DNA from: a virus
Lineage: Duplodnaviria > Heunggongvirae > Uroviricota > Caudoviricetes
Virus record (IMG/VR): IMGVR_UViG_2541047954_000009
Reading direction: 5' to 3' (one strand)
DNA length: 36,449 bases
Below, piece by piece: positions 18,762-26,567 of this stretch. The notes below the pieces were generated by a model. The model searched no databases. It had not been told where the DNA came from and worked only from the letters and a program-made list of their open reading frames with translations. The translations under genes and the position numbers were made by a program. Position 1 is the first letter of the stretch, and every line of letters starts with the position of its first letter.

Positions 18762-19595
18762 TCAGCAATTGGTCAGAGTGTCAGCGGGGGCGTTACCGCC
18801 TGTTGCACGCTGGCGGTAGTCCTGGCGGCTGTCTTCTTGGCTCAGCTTGTCCACCAGTTCGTTAAAGGCGGTCTGCTGTGCCTGCAGGGCTGTCTCCAGC
18901 TCAGACAGGCGCTCTTCCTGCTCAGACAGGGATTTTTCGGTGCGCGCACTCAGGTTCTGCTGCTCAGTGGCGACCAGCTCCACGGCCTTATGCACATCAG
19001 AGAACCGGGCGTCATCGGACTGCTCTTTTTTGGTGAACAGCGCCGTGACACGGGCAAACAGGGACGGCTTGTCCTCCTGGATTTCTTCCAGTTCGATCAC
19101 CGTTTCCTCTGCGGCTGTAAAGAGATTGGCGGGATTCTGCTTGCGGTTTGCCAGCGGGTTATGGGCTGCACTGGCGCTGAATGTCAGCATTTCAGTGCCC
19201 AGACTGGCAGGGTCATCAGTGGCAGCCAGGCCGACCAGGTAGGCTTTGCCCGTATCAGCAAACTTCGGGCTGACTTCCATAGAGGTGAATAATTTCTGGC
19301 CTTTTTTCACCAGTTCCACCAGGGACTCCGTTGGCTCAACGTCGGCATACAGCGCCATCTTGCCTGCCAGCGGACCTTCCGTGATTTCTTCAGCAAACAG
19401 CGCCGTCACCTTACCGTAGCGGTTAAAGGTGCTGTCCGGCAGATAAGACTTGATGTGCTCAAGGTTAATCAGCGCGGTATACACCGCCGGGTTGTAGCTG
19501 GCTGCCATCTGTTCCAGCCATTCACGCTGGATTTCGCGTCCGTCGGTGGTGGCACCTTCCACCCCGATGCGAAAACGCTTTGCTTTCACTGTCAT
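18762..19595 (-). CDS. O: Capsid scaffolding protein O
   Basis: 277-aa ORF resembling P2 gpO; first gene of the O-N-M-L-X block, divergent from P. Confidence 0.9.
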   Translation of the reverse strand: MTVKAKRFRIGVEGATTDGREIQREWLEQMAASYNPAVYTALINLEHIKSYLPDSTFNRYGKVTALFAEEITEGPLAGKMALYADVEPTESLVELVKKGQKLFTSMEVSPKFADTGKAYLVGLAATDDPASLGTEMLTFSASAAHNPLANRKQNPANLFTAAEETVIELEEIQEDKPSLFARVTALFTKKEQSDDARFSDVHKAVELVATEQQNLSARTEKSLSEQEERLSELETALQAQQTAFNELVDKLSQEDSRQDYRQRATGGNAPADTLTNC

Positions 19596-19673
19596 GAGCC
19601 GTGCTCCGTTAGAAAAAACTTACTGGAGCCTTATGGTTGCGGTGATGGGGGCAGTGAAACAATGCGCGGTATT

Positions 19674-19691
19674 TGTACCGACAACCACACA
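19674..19691. promoter_or_regulatory. Candidate Ogr-dependent late promoter element (TGT-N12-ACA dyad) in the divergent O/P control region
   Basis: TGTACCGACAACCACACA lies in the 142-bp gap between O (minus) and P (plus), about 87 nt upstream of the O start codon. Confidence 0.5.
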
Positions 19692-19737
19692 AACCGCAGG
19701 CGGGGAAAGCCTTCATTCAAGGTTGTAGGTTTGTGCC

Positions 19738-21504
19738 ATGAACACCACACTGACACCCGCAGATCTCGATCCCCGTCGGCAGGCCATGCTGCTGTACTTT
19801 CAGGGATACCGCGTAGCCCGCATTGCTGAAATGCTGGGCGAGAAAGTTGCAACCGTTCACAGCTGGAAAAAACGCGACAAGTGGGGTGACTATGGGCCGC
19901 TGGATCAGATGCAGCTCACCACCACCGCACGCTACTGCCAGCTCATCATGAAGGAGCACAAAGAAGGGAAAGATTTCAAAGAGATTGACCTGCTGGCGCG
20001 CCAGTCGGAGCGCCACGCGCGGATCGGCAAGTTTAACAATGGCGGCAACGAAGCTGACTTAAACCCTAACGTCGCCAACCGCAACAAAGGCCCGCGCCGT
20101 CAGCCGGAAAAGAATGTCTTCACCGATGAACAGATTGAGAAGCTGGAAGAAATCTTCCATTCCTCCATGTTCAACTACCAGCGCCACTGGTGGGAAGCCG
20201 GAAAAACCAACCGCATCCGCAACCTGCTGAAGTCACGCCAGATCGGCGCGACCTTTTACTTTGCCCGTGAAGCCCTGATTGACGCCCTGCTTACCGGACG
20301 TAACCAGATTTTCCTTTCCGCCAGTAAGGCACAGGCCCACGTCTTTAAGCAGTACATCATCGACTTCGCCAAAGAAGTGGATGTGGAACTGAAAGGCGAT
20401 CCGATGGTGCTTCCTAACGGGGCCACGCTTTACTTCCTCGGCACCAATGCCCGCACGGCTCAGAGTTACCACGGCAACCTGTATCTGGATGAATATTTCT
20501 GGATACCAAAATTCCAGGAGCTGCGCAAAGTAGCTTCCGGTATGGCTATCCACAAAAAATGGCGGCAGACCTATTTTTCCACGCCATCCAGCCTGACACA
20601 CAGTGCTTATCCGTTCTGGTCCGGTGCGCTGTTCAACCGTGGGCGCAACAAAGCTGACAAGGTGGACATCGACCTGTCCCACAGCAATCTGGCCCCCGGC
20701 CTGCTGTGCGCAGACGGGCAATACCGCCAGATAGTCACCGTGGAAGATGCGGTGCGCGGCGGCTGTAACCTGTTCGACCTCGACCAGCTACGCATGGAGT
20801 ACAGCCCGGACGAATACCAGAACCTGCTGATGTGCGAGTTCGTGGACGATCTCGCGTCCGTGTTCCCGCTCAGCGAACTGCAGGCGTGCATGGTGGACAG
20901 TTGGGAAGTCTGGACCGACTTTCATGCACTGGCCCTGCGCCCGTTTGGCTGGCGCGAGGTGTGGATCGGTTATGACCCGGCAAAAGGTACGCAGAACGGC
21001 GACAGTGCCGGATGCGTGGTGGTGGCTCCGCCAGCCGTGCCGGGCGGTAAGTTCCGTATTCTTGAGCGTCACCAGTGGCGCGGGATGGACTTCCGCGCCC
21101 AGGCTGACGCCATCAAAAAACTTACCGAACAGTACAACGTGACTTATATCGGTATCGACTCAACCGGCGTTGGTCACGGGGTTTACGAGAACGTGAAAGC
21201 GTTCTTTCCTGCCGTCCGGGAGTTTGTCTACAACCCCAATGTTAAAAACGCCCTGGTACTCAAGGCCTACGACATTATCAGCCACCGCCGTCTGGAGTTT
21301 GACGCCGGACACACCGACATAGCGCAGTCATTCATAGCAATCCGGCGCGCCACCACCGCGAGCGGCAACCGCCCAACCTATGAAGCCAGCCGCAGCGAAG
21401 AAGCCAGCCACGCCGATCTGGCCTGGGCAACGATGCACGCACTGTTTAACGAACCGCTGCAGGGCGAATCCGCCAATACCAGCAATATTGTGGAGATTTT
21501 TTGA
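19738..21504 (+). CDS. P: Terminase large (ATPase) subunit P (588 aa)
   Basis: Resembles P2 gpP over its full length, including the ATPase core (KSRQIGATFYF...NLYLDEYFW). Confidence 0.93.
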   Translation: MNTTLTPADLDPRRQAMLLYFQGYRVARIAEMLGEKVATVHSWKKRDKWGDYGPLDQMQLTTTARYCQLIMKEHKEGKDFKEIDLLARQSERHARIGKFNNGGNEADLNPNVANRNKGPRRQPEKNVFTDEQIEKLEEIFHSSMFNYQRHWWEAGKTNRIRNLLKSRQIGATFYFAREALIDALLTGRNQIFLSASKAQAHVFKQYIIDFAKEVDVELKGDPMVLPNGATLYFLGTNARTAQSYHGNLYLDEYFWIPKFQELRKVASGMAIHKKWRQTYFSTPSSLTHSAYPFWSGALFNRGRNKADKVDIDLSHSNLAPGLLCADGQYRQIVTVEDAVRGGCNLFDLDQLRMEYSPDEYQNLLMCEFVDDLASVFPLSELQACMVDSWEVWTDFHALALRPFGWREVWIGYDPAKGTQNGDSAGCVVVAPPAVPGGKFRILERHQWRGMDFRAQADAIKKLTEQYNVTYIGIDSTGVGHGVYENVKAFFPAVREFVYNPNVKNALVLKAYDIISHRRLEFDAGHTDIAQSFIAIRRATTASGNRPTYEASRSEEASHADLAWATMHALFNEPLQGESANTSNIVEIF

Positions 21505-22211
21505 TGCCCCCAATCCCAACTAACCTCATGACTATCGCGGGACTTCCGGTGGATAGCTTTTTCTTTGCTTACCAGTATGAGTGGAACACTGGCCCAAAGA
21601 GTAGAAACCGTGTACTCACAAAAATGCGCCAGGCAGGCGCGGATTTCTTTTTTTCCTATGAAGCCCTGAACGATGCACTGCATACCGGGCGTAACCAGAT
21701 TTTCCTCTGCTGCAGCACAGCATCTGCGCAGGCAATCAAAGCCTATGTATCAGCATTCTTAAGCCAGGCCGCAGCTTATACGCACACTGGAAAAATAAAA
21801 TCAGGCAAAAGTCATCTGGAGCTTTCGAATGGTGCAGTAATTTATTTTACCGACCTCCGCAGTCTCACCTCCGCACTCAGTGGAAATGTTTACGTGTCAG
21901 AGTATGCCTGGAGTGAATCACCGAGAAATATGATTGCCATCGCTAAAGGGATTTCTATGCACGCACACCACCACGCCACCTACTACACCACTCCCAGCCC
22001 TAACCCAGAGGCACGGCAGGAATATAAAAAGCTATGCAGAAACAACAGCGTAACCAGCATGGTGTTCACCGCAGATGACGCAGCAGCATCTGGAGCAATG
22101 TTGTTTACTGATAACTGGCTGAACGATATGAAAAAAGAATTATCAGAAGAGGACTGGAAAATGCTGTTTATGTGCGAATGGCCTCTCGCTAGCAAGGAAC
22201 TGGCAGAATGA
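21504..22211 (+). CDS. Terminase ATPase-domain paralog (truncated, degenerate catalytic motifs), inserted between P and Q
   Basis: 235-aa ORF that aligns by eye to gpP residues about 145-385 of the same prophage (FAYQYEWNTGPKSRNRVLTKMRQAGADFFFSYEALNDALHTGRNQIFL versus FNYQRHWWEAGKTNRIRNLLKSRQIGATFYFAREALIDALLTGRNQIFL), with substitutions at the conserved Thr (to Asp) and Walker-B-like Asp (to Ser); start ATG overlaps the P stop (TGATG) and its stop overlaps the Q start (ATGA). Confidence 0.7.
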   Translation: MPPIPTNLMTIAGLPVDSFFFAYQYEWNTGPKSRNRVLTKMRQAGADFFFSYEALNDALHTGRNQIFLCCSTASAQAIKAYVSAFLSQAAAYTHTGKIKSGKSHLELSNGAVIYFTDLRSLTSALSGNVYVSEYAWSESPRNMIAIAKGISMHAHHHATYYTTPSPNPEARQEYKKLCRNNSVTSMVFTADDAAASGAMLFTDNWLNDMKKELSEEDWKMLFMCEWPLASKELAE

Positions 22212-23239
22212 GCAAACGTAAAAACACCAAGCAGGTAACAGTTGGTCACGACACAAAACCAAGCAACGGCCCAACGGCTGAGGCTTTCAGCTTTGGTGAT
22301 CCCATCCCCGTGCTGGACCGCCGCGAACTGCTGGACTATGTGGAATGCGTACAGATGGATCGCTGGTATGAGCCGCCCGTCAGCTTTAATGGACTGGCGC
22401 GCACCTTCCGCGCCGCCGTGCATCACAGTTCCCCGATTGCAGTAAAGTGCAACATTCTGACCAGTACCTATATCCCTCATCCGCTGCTTAGCCAGCAGGC
22501 TTTTTCGCGTTTTGTGCAGGACTATCTGGTATTTGGTAACGCCTACCTGGAGAAACGCACGAACCGCTTTGGTGAAGTTATCGCCCTTGAGCCAGCTTTG
22601 GCAAAATACACCCGGCGCGGATTAGACCTGGATACCTACTGGTTTGTGCAAGACGGTATGACAGCCCAGCCGTATCAGTTCACGAAAGGCAACATTTTTC
22701 ATCTGATGGAACCGGACATCAACCAGGAGATCTACGGCCTGCCAGGTTATCTCTCTGCCATCCCGTCAGCCCTGCTCAACGAGTCCGCCACACTGTTCCG
22801 CCGTAAGTATTACATCAACGGCAGCCATGCAGGTTTCATCATGTACATGACCGATGCCGCACAGAACCAAGAAGATGTGAACAACCTCCGCAACGCAATG
22901 AAAAGCGCCAAAGGGCCAGGCAACTTCCGCAACCTGTTTATGTACTCTCCTAACGGCAAAAAGGACGGGCTTCAGATTATCCCGTTGTCAGAAGTCGCGG
23001 CGAAGGATGAGTTTCTGAATATCAAGAACGTGAGCCGGGACGACATGATGGCGGCACACCGTGTGCCGCCGCAAATGATGGGGATAATGCCTAATAATGT
23101 TGGGGGGTTTGGGGATGTGGAGAAGGCTAGTAAGGTTTTTGTGATAAATGAATTAATTCCTTTGCAAAAACGATTTATGGAAATAAACGCATGGCTCGGG
23201 GAGAAACTTATAGAATTTTCTCCATATGAGCTTAACTAA
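22208..23239 (+). CDS. Q: Portal protein Q
   Basis: 343-aa ORF resembling P2 gpQ (AVHHSSPI, LNESATLFRRKYY, IPLSEVA segments). Confidence 0.93.
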   Translation: MSKRKNTKQVTVGHDTKPSNGPTAEAFSFGDPIPVLDRRELLDYVECVQMDRWYEPPVSFNGLARTFRAAVHHSSPIAVKCNILTSTYIPHPLLSQQAFSRFVQDYLVFGNAYLEKRTNRFGEVIALEPALAKYTRRGLDLDTYWFVQDGMTAQPYQFTKGNIFHLMEPDINQEIYGLPGYLSAIPSALLNESATLFRRKYYINGSHAGFIMYMTDAAQNQEDVNNLRNAMKSAKGPGNFRNLFMYSPNGKKDGLQIIPLSEVAAKDEFLNIKNVSRDDMMAAHRVPPQMMGIMPNNVGGFGDVEKASKVFVINELIPLQKRFMEINAWLGEKLIEFSPYELN

Positions 23240-23288
23240 AATATTAGTTGCCAGTACCGTATTGTTGCTACTGGCAATTGCAATAAAA

Positions 23289-25625
23289 TTACAAATATGT
23301 ATTGCTATGTAGAGATGTGTTTATTCCATCTTCTATCTCAATTTTTGACGAAGCATACTCATCATTCGCACTATCATCAATATCAAACTCATCTTGTAGA
23401 TGAAGTGACTCATTTAACGGTCTATAAAACTCACCCATCATCATTTTGTAATGGGCAGTATGCTCACTACACTCAAATATCTTCTGAAAAACAATTAAAT
23501 ATTTTTGCACAGACTCCGTATCTAAACTCATATAAAGATCATCACCTGCAAAATGAGAACCATCATTAATCCATGACACTAAAGATTTAAATATGATTTT
23601 TTCATCACCATAAAAATGACACTCAAGCTTCCTAATATCAATCCCACCTAATATCTTAAAGTAATTCTCCAAAATCCTTCGCATTGTATTTTGTATAGTA
23701 TTATTATTAATATCTGTTCTTCTCAATTCGCACCAGAGCAAATCATAAGACGTTTTTATTGGGTTTGATTCGCACTTTTCAAGATATGAGACCTTCCCTT
23801 TTTTCCTTACAATCCAAAAAGTCTCCTCTTTCATTGCTTGATTACCGGATCTTTTAGTATTAAAAGTCAACTCTTTATGAAAATAAATATTATGCGTAAG
23901 GAATATAATTTGCTTAATATTTCCTTCATCCTTACGAACATCCTCCATTAAATCTTTAATCAACGAACTTACAATAAACAGAATATCACTATCTAAACTT
24001 GAAATTGGATCATCAAATACTACAACACGATCATCTAAAACACCTGATGCATTATCACTCCCTCTAACAAGGCTATAAAAATACAAAAAAGTGATAAATG
24101 TCTTTTCTCCCTCGCTAAGGGTTGTACGAGCATTATCTCCACTATCTCTCACTATCATATAATGCTTTTTATCTTCGGAGGGTTTTAAGTAAAAATTTTT
24201 GAAGCCATAAGAATCCAGAATCTTGTTAATTTTTGTAATAGTTGGAAGAGTACTGGTTTTATTAGACTCAATTGCCTCAATAGCCGAAGCATTTAACATT
24301 AACTTCTTTTTGTCTTCCTCTAACCCAGATTTAAGTCCTTGTAACTTCCTATTAAATTTATCAGATTCGCTACGGTAAGAAGTTATTTCAGACTTTAACT
24401 CCACCTTTACGATATATGCCCATATCTGATTAGAAAGATTACTAGCCTCTACCTTTCTATTACTGTGTATTTTGTTATTATTATCTATCAATAGATTTGA
24501 ATCATTCAAAAAAGAAATAAAATCATCAACAACTTCACTTAAGTCACTAAAATGAACTGATTCACTTAAAAAATTGCGTTTATTTTTTGCCAATTCAAAA
24601 TTCTTGTTTAATTCAGATAATACTATCTTAGCCTTATCCTCAAATACTTCATAATTTATGAATGGAGATTTAATCGCCCTTATATCATCTATCGCCTGCA
24701 AGATATTATTAAGTTGATGTTCATATTGTAAAACCAATGCATCGATTTCTCTTTTTTTTAACTCATATGTTTTATCAAAATATGATGATAGATTATAAAA
24801 TATATTATCATTTACATCCTGCTGGCAAAATGGGCACTTGGGATTAGATTTACTGAAATATGTTAAACCTTCCTTAACCCAATCACTGTTATTGAGCATT
24901 GTAATTAAGTCTGAAACACTAACGTCTTTTTTCCCTAGAATACGCTCACTCCAAATCTCCCTACTCAAAATATCATCTATCCTATTGAAGGATGGAATTG
25001 TAATTGATACATGTGATGTCAATTCAGTAGAAAAAACAATTTTTGCTTTCTCAATTAGCTCTGCTATTGAGCAAACTTCTGATGTGTTATTTTCATACTC
25101 AGCCAACACTCTAGCTTTAAATTTTTCACTACTATTCCTTAATCCCTCAAAAGCCTTTGAGAACACATTATCATGTTTTACTTTTTGCTTCCAACATGAA
25201 TCTTTAAAAGATTTTTCATGGTCTTCGATTTGTTTAACAACGCCTAATATATTATCACCACCATCTATTAGCTTTTCCTTTGCTATAATAGATTCTATTA
25301 GCTTATTTTTTTCTTCTTCAAGAGATATTAGTTTCTCTTCATCCTCCTTAAGATCGCTACCAAGGGTAAATACACCTTTAATTTTATCTTGACTAAAATT
25401 TCTTTCAACAAAATCTTTATTATATACGTAGCTTATTAAAGATATATTATTTTTCCATTTAATCGGACATGTTGGATATTGTTCAGGGTCATTAATAATT
25501 TTACTTATAGTTGTTTTACCTGCACCATTAGCTCCATATAAATAGTTAAATTTAGAAAGCCCATGTAAAAGCTGAGTAGGGCCATTATATGAGCCTACTT
25601 TGTCAATAACTACCTCTTCAATCAT
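23289..25625 (-). CDS. ABC-type P-loop ATPase of the PrrC/RloC-like AAA_13 kind (778 aa); candidate anti-phage/abortive-infection protein
   Basis: Walker A YGANGAGKTT (aa 30-39, nt 25509-25535), CPFC zinc-hook-like motif (aa 264-267, nt 24825-24836) in a Lys/Glu-rich coiled-coil-like insert, ABC signature-like LSEGEK (aa 503-508), Walker B VVVFDDP (aa 534-540, nt 24006-24026), H-loop THN (aa 577-579), and a C-terminal region with RRILENYF and SH. Markedly AT-rich, between Q and the cos site. Confidence 0.75.
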   Translation of the reverse strand: MIEEVVIDKVGSYNGPTQLLHGLSKFNYLYGANGAGKTTISKIINDPEQYPTCPIKWKNNISLISYVYNKDFVERNFSQDKIKGVFTLGSDLKEDEEKLISLEEEKNKLIESIIAKEKLIDGGDNILGVVKQIEDHEKSFKDSCWKQKVKHDNVFSKAFEGLRNSSEKFKARVLAEYENNTSEVCSIAELIEKAKIVFSTELTSHVSITIPSFNRIDDILSREIWSERILGKKDVSVSDLITMLNNSDWVKEGLTYFSKSNPKCPFCQQDVNDNIFYNLSSYFDKTYELKKREIDALVLQYEHQLNNILQAIDDIRAIKSPFINYEVFEDKAKIVLSELNKNFELAKNKRNFLSESVHFSDLSEVVDDFISFLNDSNLLIDNNNKIHSNRKVEASNLSNQIWAYIVKVELKSEITSYRSESDKFNRKLQGLKSGLEEDKKKLMLNASAIEAIESNKTSTLPTITKINKILDSYGFKNFYLKPSEDKKHYMIVRDSGDNARTTLSEGEKTFITFLYFYSLVRGSDNASGVLDDRVVVFDDPISSLDSDILFIVSSLIKDLMEDVRKDEGNIKQIIFLTHNIYFHKELTFNTKRSGNQAMKEETFWIVRKKGKVSYLEKCESNPIKTSYDLLWCELRRTDINNNTIQNTMRRILENYFKILGGIDIRKLECHFYGDEKIIFKSLVSWINDGSHFAGDDLYMSLDTESVQKYLIVFQKIFECSEHTAHYKMMMGEFYRPLNESLHLQDEFDIDDSANDEYASSKIEIEDGINTSLHSNTYL

Positions 25626-25758
25626 CCTCTAATCCTCAAAAAACAGATTAATCCTATCAAATCAATGATAATAGAAGACATTACTTACCTAATTACAAGG
25701 TGATCATTTATACAGCTGTGAATAAATCAGGCTAATCATCTATTTGTCATAACGCGCG

Positions 25759-25777
25759 CTCGTATCCCCGCCACGCC
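25759..25777 (-). other. Candidate cos site (cohesive-end region)
   Basis: Minus-strand GGCGTGGCGGGGATACGAG matches the first 13 nt of the 19-nt cohesive-end sequence I recall for 186 (GGCGTGGCGGGGAAAGCAT) and is close to that of P2. Confidence 0.5.
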
Positions 25778-25820
25778 TGCCCGCTTTATGTAGTGGTTTT
25801 CATGCACCTGCATGATCTAC

Positions 25821-25846
25821 GCAAAAGCCCGCCAGTTCTGGCGGGC
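25821..25846 (-). terminator. Rho-independent terminator downstream of the dinI-like gene
   Basis: GC-rich hairpin GCCCGCCAG/CTGGCGGGC followed on the minus strand by CTTTTGC. Confidence 0.55.
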
Positions 25847-25981
25847 CTTAGCAAAAACGATCCTCAAACGATCATGCGATCTCATGCGGCATAGACATGC
25901 ACTACAGAGCTAACGCCTCGCAAGGGCTCGTTGTTCAACCTTGCTGACGCCAGAAGCAAGTTCAGACGCCAGCAACGTTTC

Positions 25982-26215
25982 TTAATGCAGCCAGCTGTCG
26001 TCTTCCCACACCTTCTGCATAATTTTCATCACTTGTTTTCTTTCTTCGTCCAGTTGCAGTCCGGTTAGTTCCACACCGTTAGAGCTACCTTTGCGAATGC
26101 GAATTACCGTTTTGGGATACAGGGGGCGCAGATTGCGGTAAAGCTCGGATTCAAGGGCGTCCAGGGTAGACTGGCTAATCTTCTGCTCTTTATCGATCAT
26201 TATTTCAATGCGCAT
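25982..26215 (-). CDS. dinI: DinI-like protein (77 aa)
   Basis: MRIEIMIDKEQKISQSTLDALESELYRNLRPLYPKTVIRIRKG...QKVWEDDSWL resembles the DinI family; start at ATG 26215 with RBS GAGGTGA, not the longer ORF start at 26287. Confidence 0.8.
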   Translation of the reverse strand: MRIEIMIDKEQKISQSTLDALESELYRNLRPLYPKTVIRIRKGSSNGVELTGLQLDEERKQVMKIMQKVWEDDSWLH

Positions 26216-26225
26216 AAAAGTCACC

Positions 26226-26414
26226 TCAGCTGATGACATCCATTGAGCGGTTGTATTCGTGGGTTCTGATTTTTGCCATGAGTTCATCAGTCAATTCAGA
26301 AACCCACTGCAGAGCCAGCCCCTTCTCTTCATCACTACACTCACTAGCCGCTACAAGCTTAAGAAAAAAATCAATGCGCTGGAGCTTCAAAGACTCCAAA
26401 AAATAGTCCTGCAT
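26226..26414 (-). CDS. Small SOS-controlled protein, putative Tum-like antirepressor (62 aa)
   Basis: ORF starting MQDYFLESLKLQRIDFFLK with a strong RBS (AGGAGG) and a LexA box about 40 bp upstream; position relative to dinI, A and cos matches the 186 tum locus as remembered. The six-frame ORF start at 26516 lies upstream of the promoter and is rejected. Confidence 0.5.
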   Translation of the reverse strand: MQDYFLESLKLQRIDFFLKLVAASECSDEEKGLALQWVSELTDELMAKIRTHEYNRSMDVIS

Positions 26415-26455
26415 CTTTCCTCCTATGACACCACACGCAATACTGTATGCATAAC

Positions 26456-26475
26456 CACTGTTTATATTTACAGTA
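26456..26475. promoter_or_regulatory. LexA (SOS) box overlapping a sigma70-like promoter for the tum-like/dinI-like operon
   Basis: CACTGTTTATATTTACAGTA fits CTGT-N8-ACAG (consensus TACTGTATATATATACAGTA); on the minus strand a TTTACA -35-like hexamer lies just upstream and a TATACT -10-like hexamer overlaps the box. Confidence 0.8.
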
Positions 26476-26567
26476 TATAATAATCTTACTGATGTAAAAC
26501 GTTTTTTTACGTTCATCAGCCTGATATGCCTGGTATTATTAAGAGCACGAATTGTTAACCCGCGTAA

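Noticed and set aside
18203-18865. 220-aa plus-strand ORF spanning the N/O junction, and similar ORFs at 17357-17836 and 20233-20721
   Set aside because: Antisense to capsid, scaffold or terminase genes with strong family-level support; no independent evidence.
24838-25392. 184-aa plus-strand ORF inside the 778-aa ATPase gene
   Set aside because: Antisense to the ATPase ORF, which has coherent catalytic motifs; Ser/Leu/Phe/Ile-rich translation typical of an AT-rich antisense frame.
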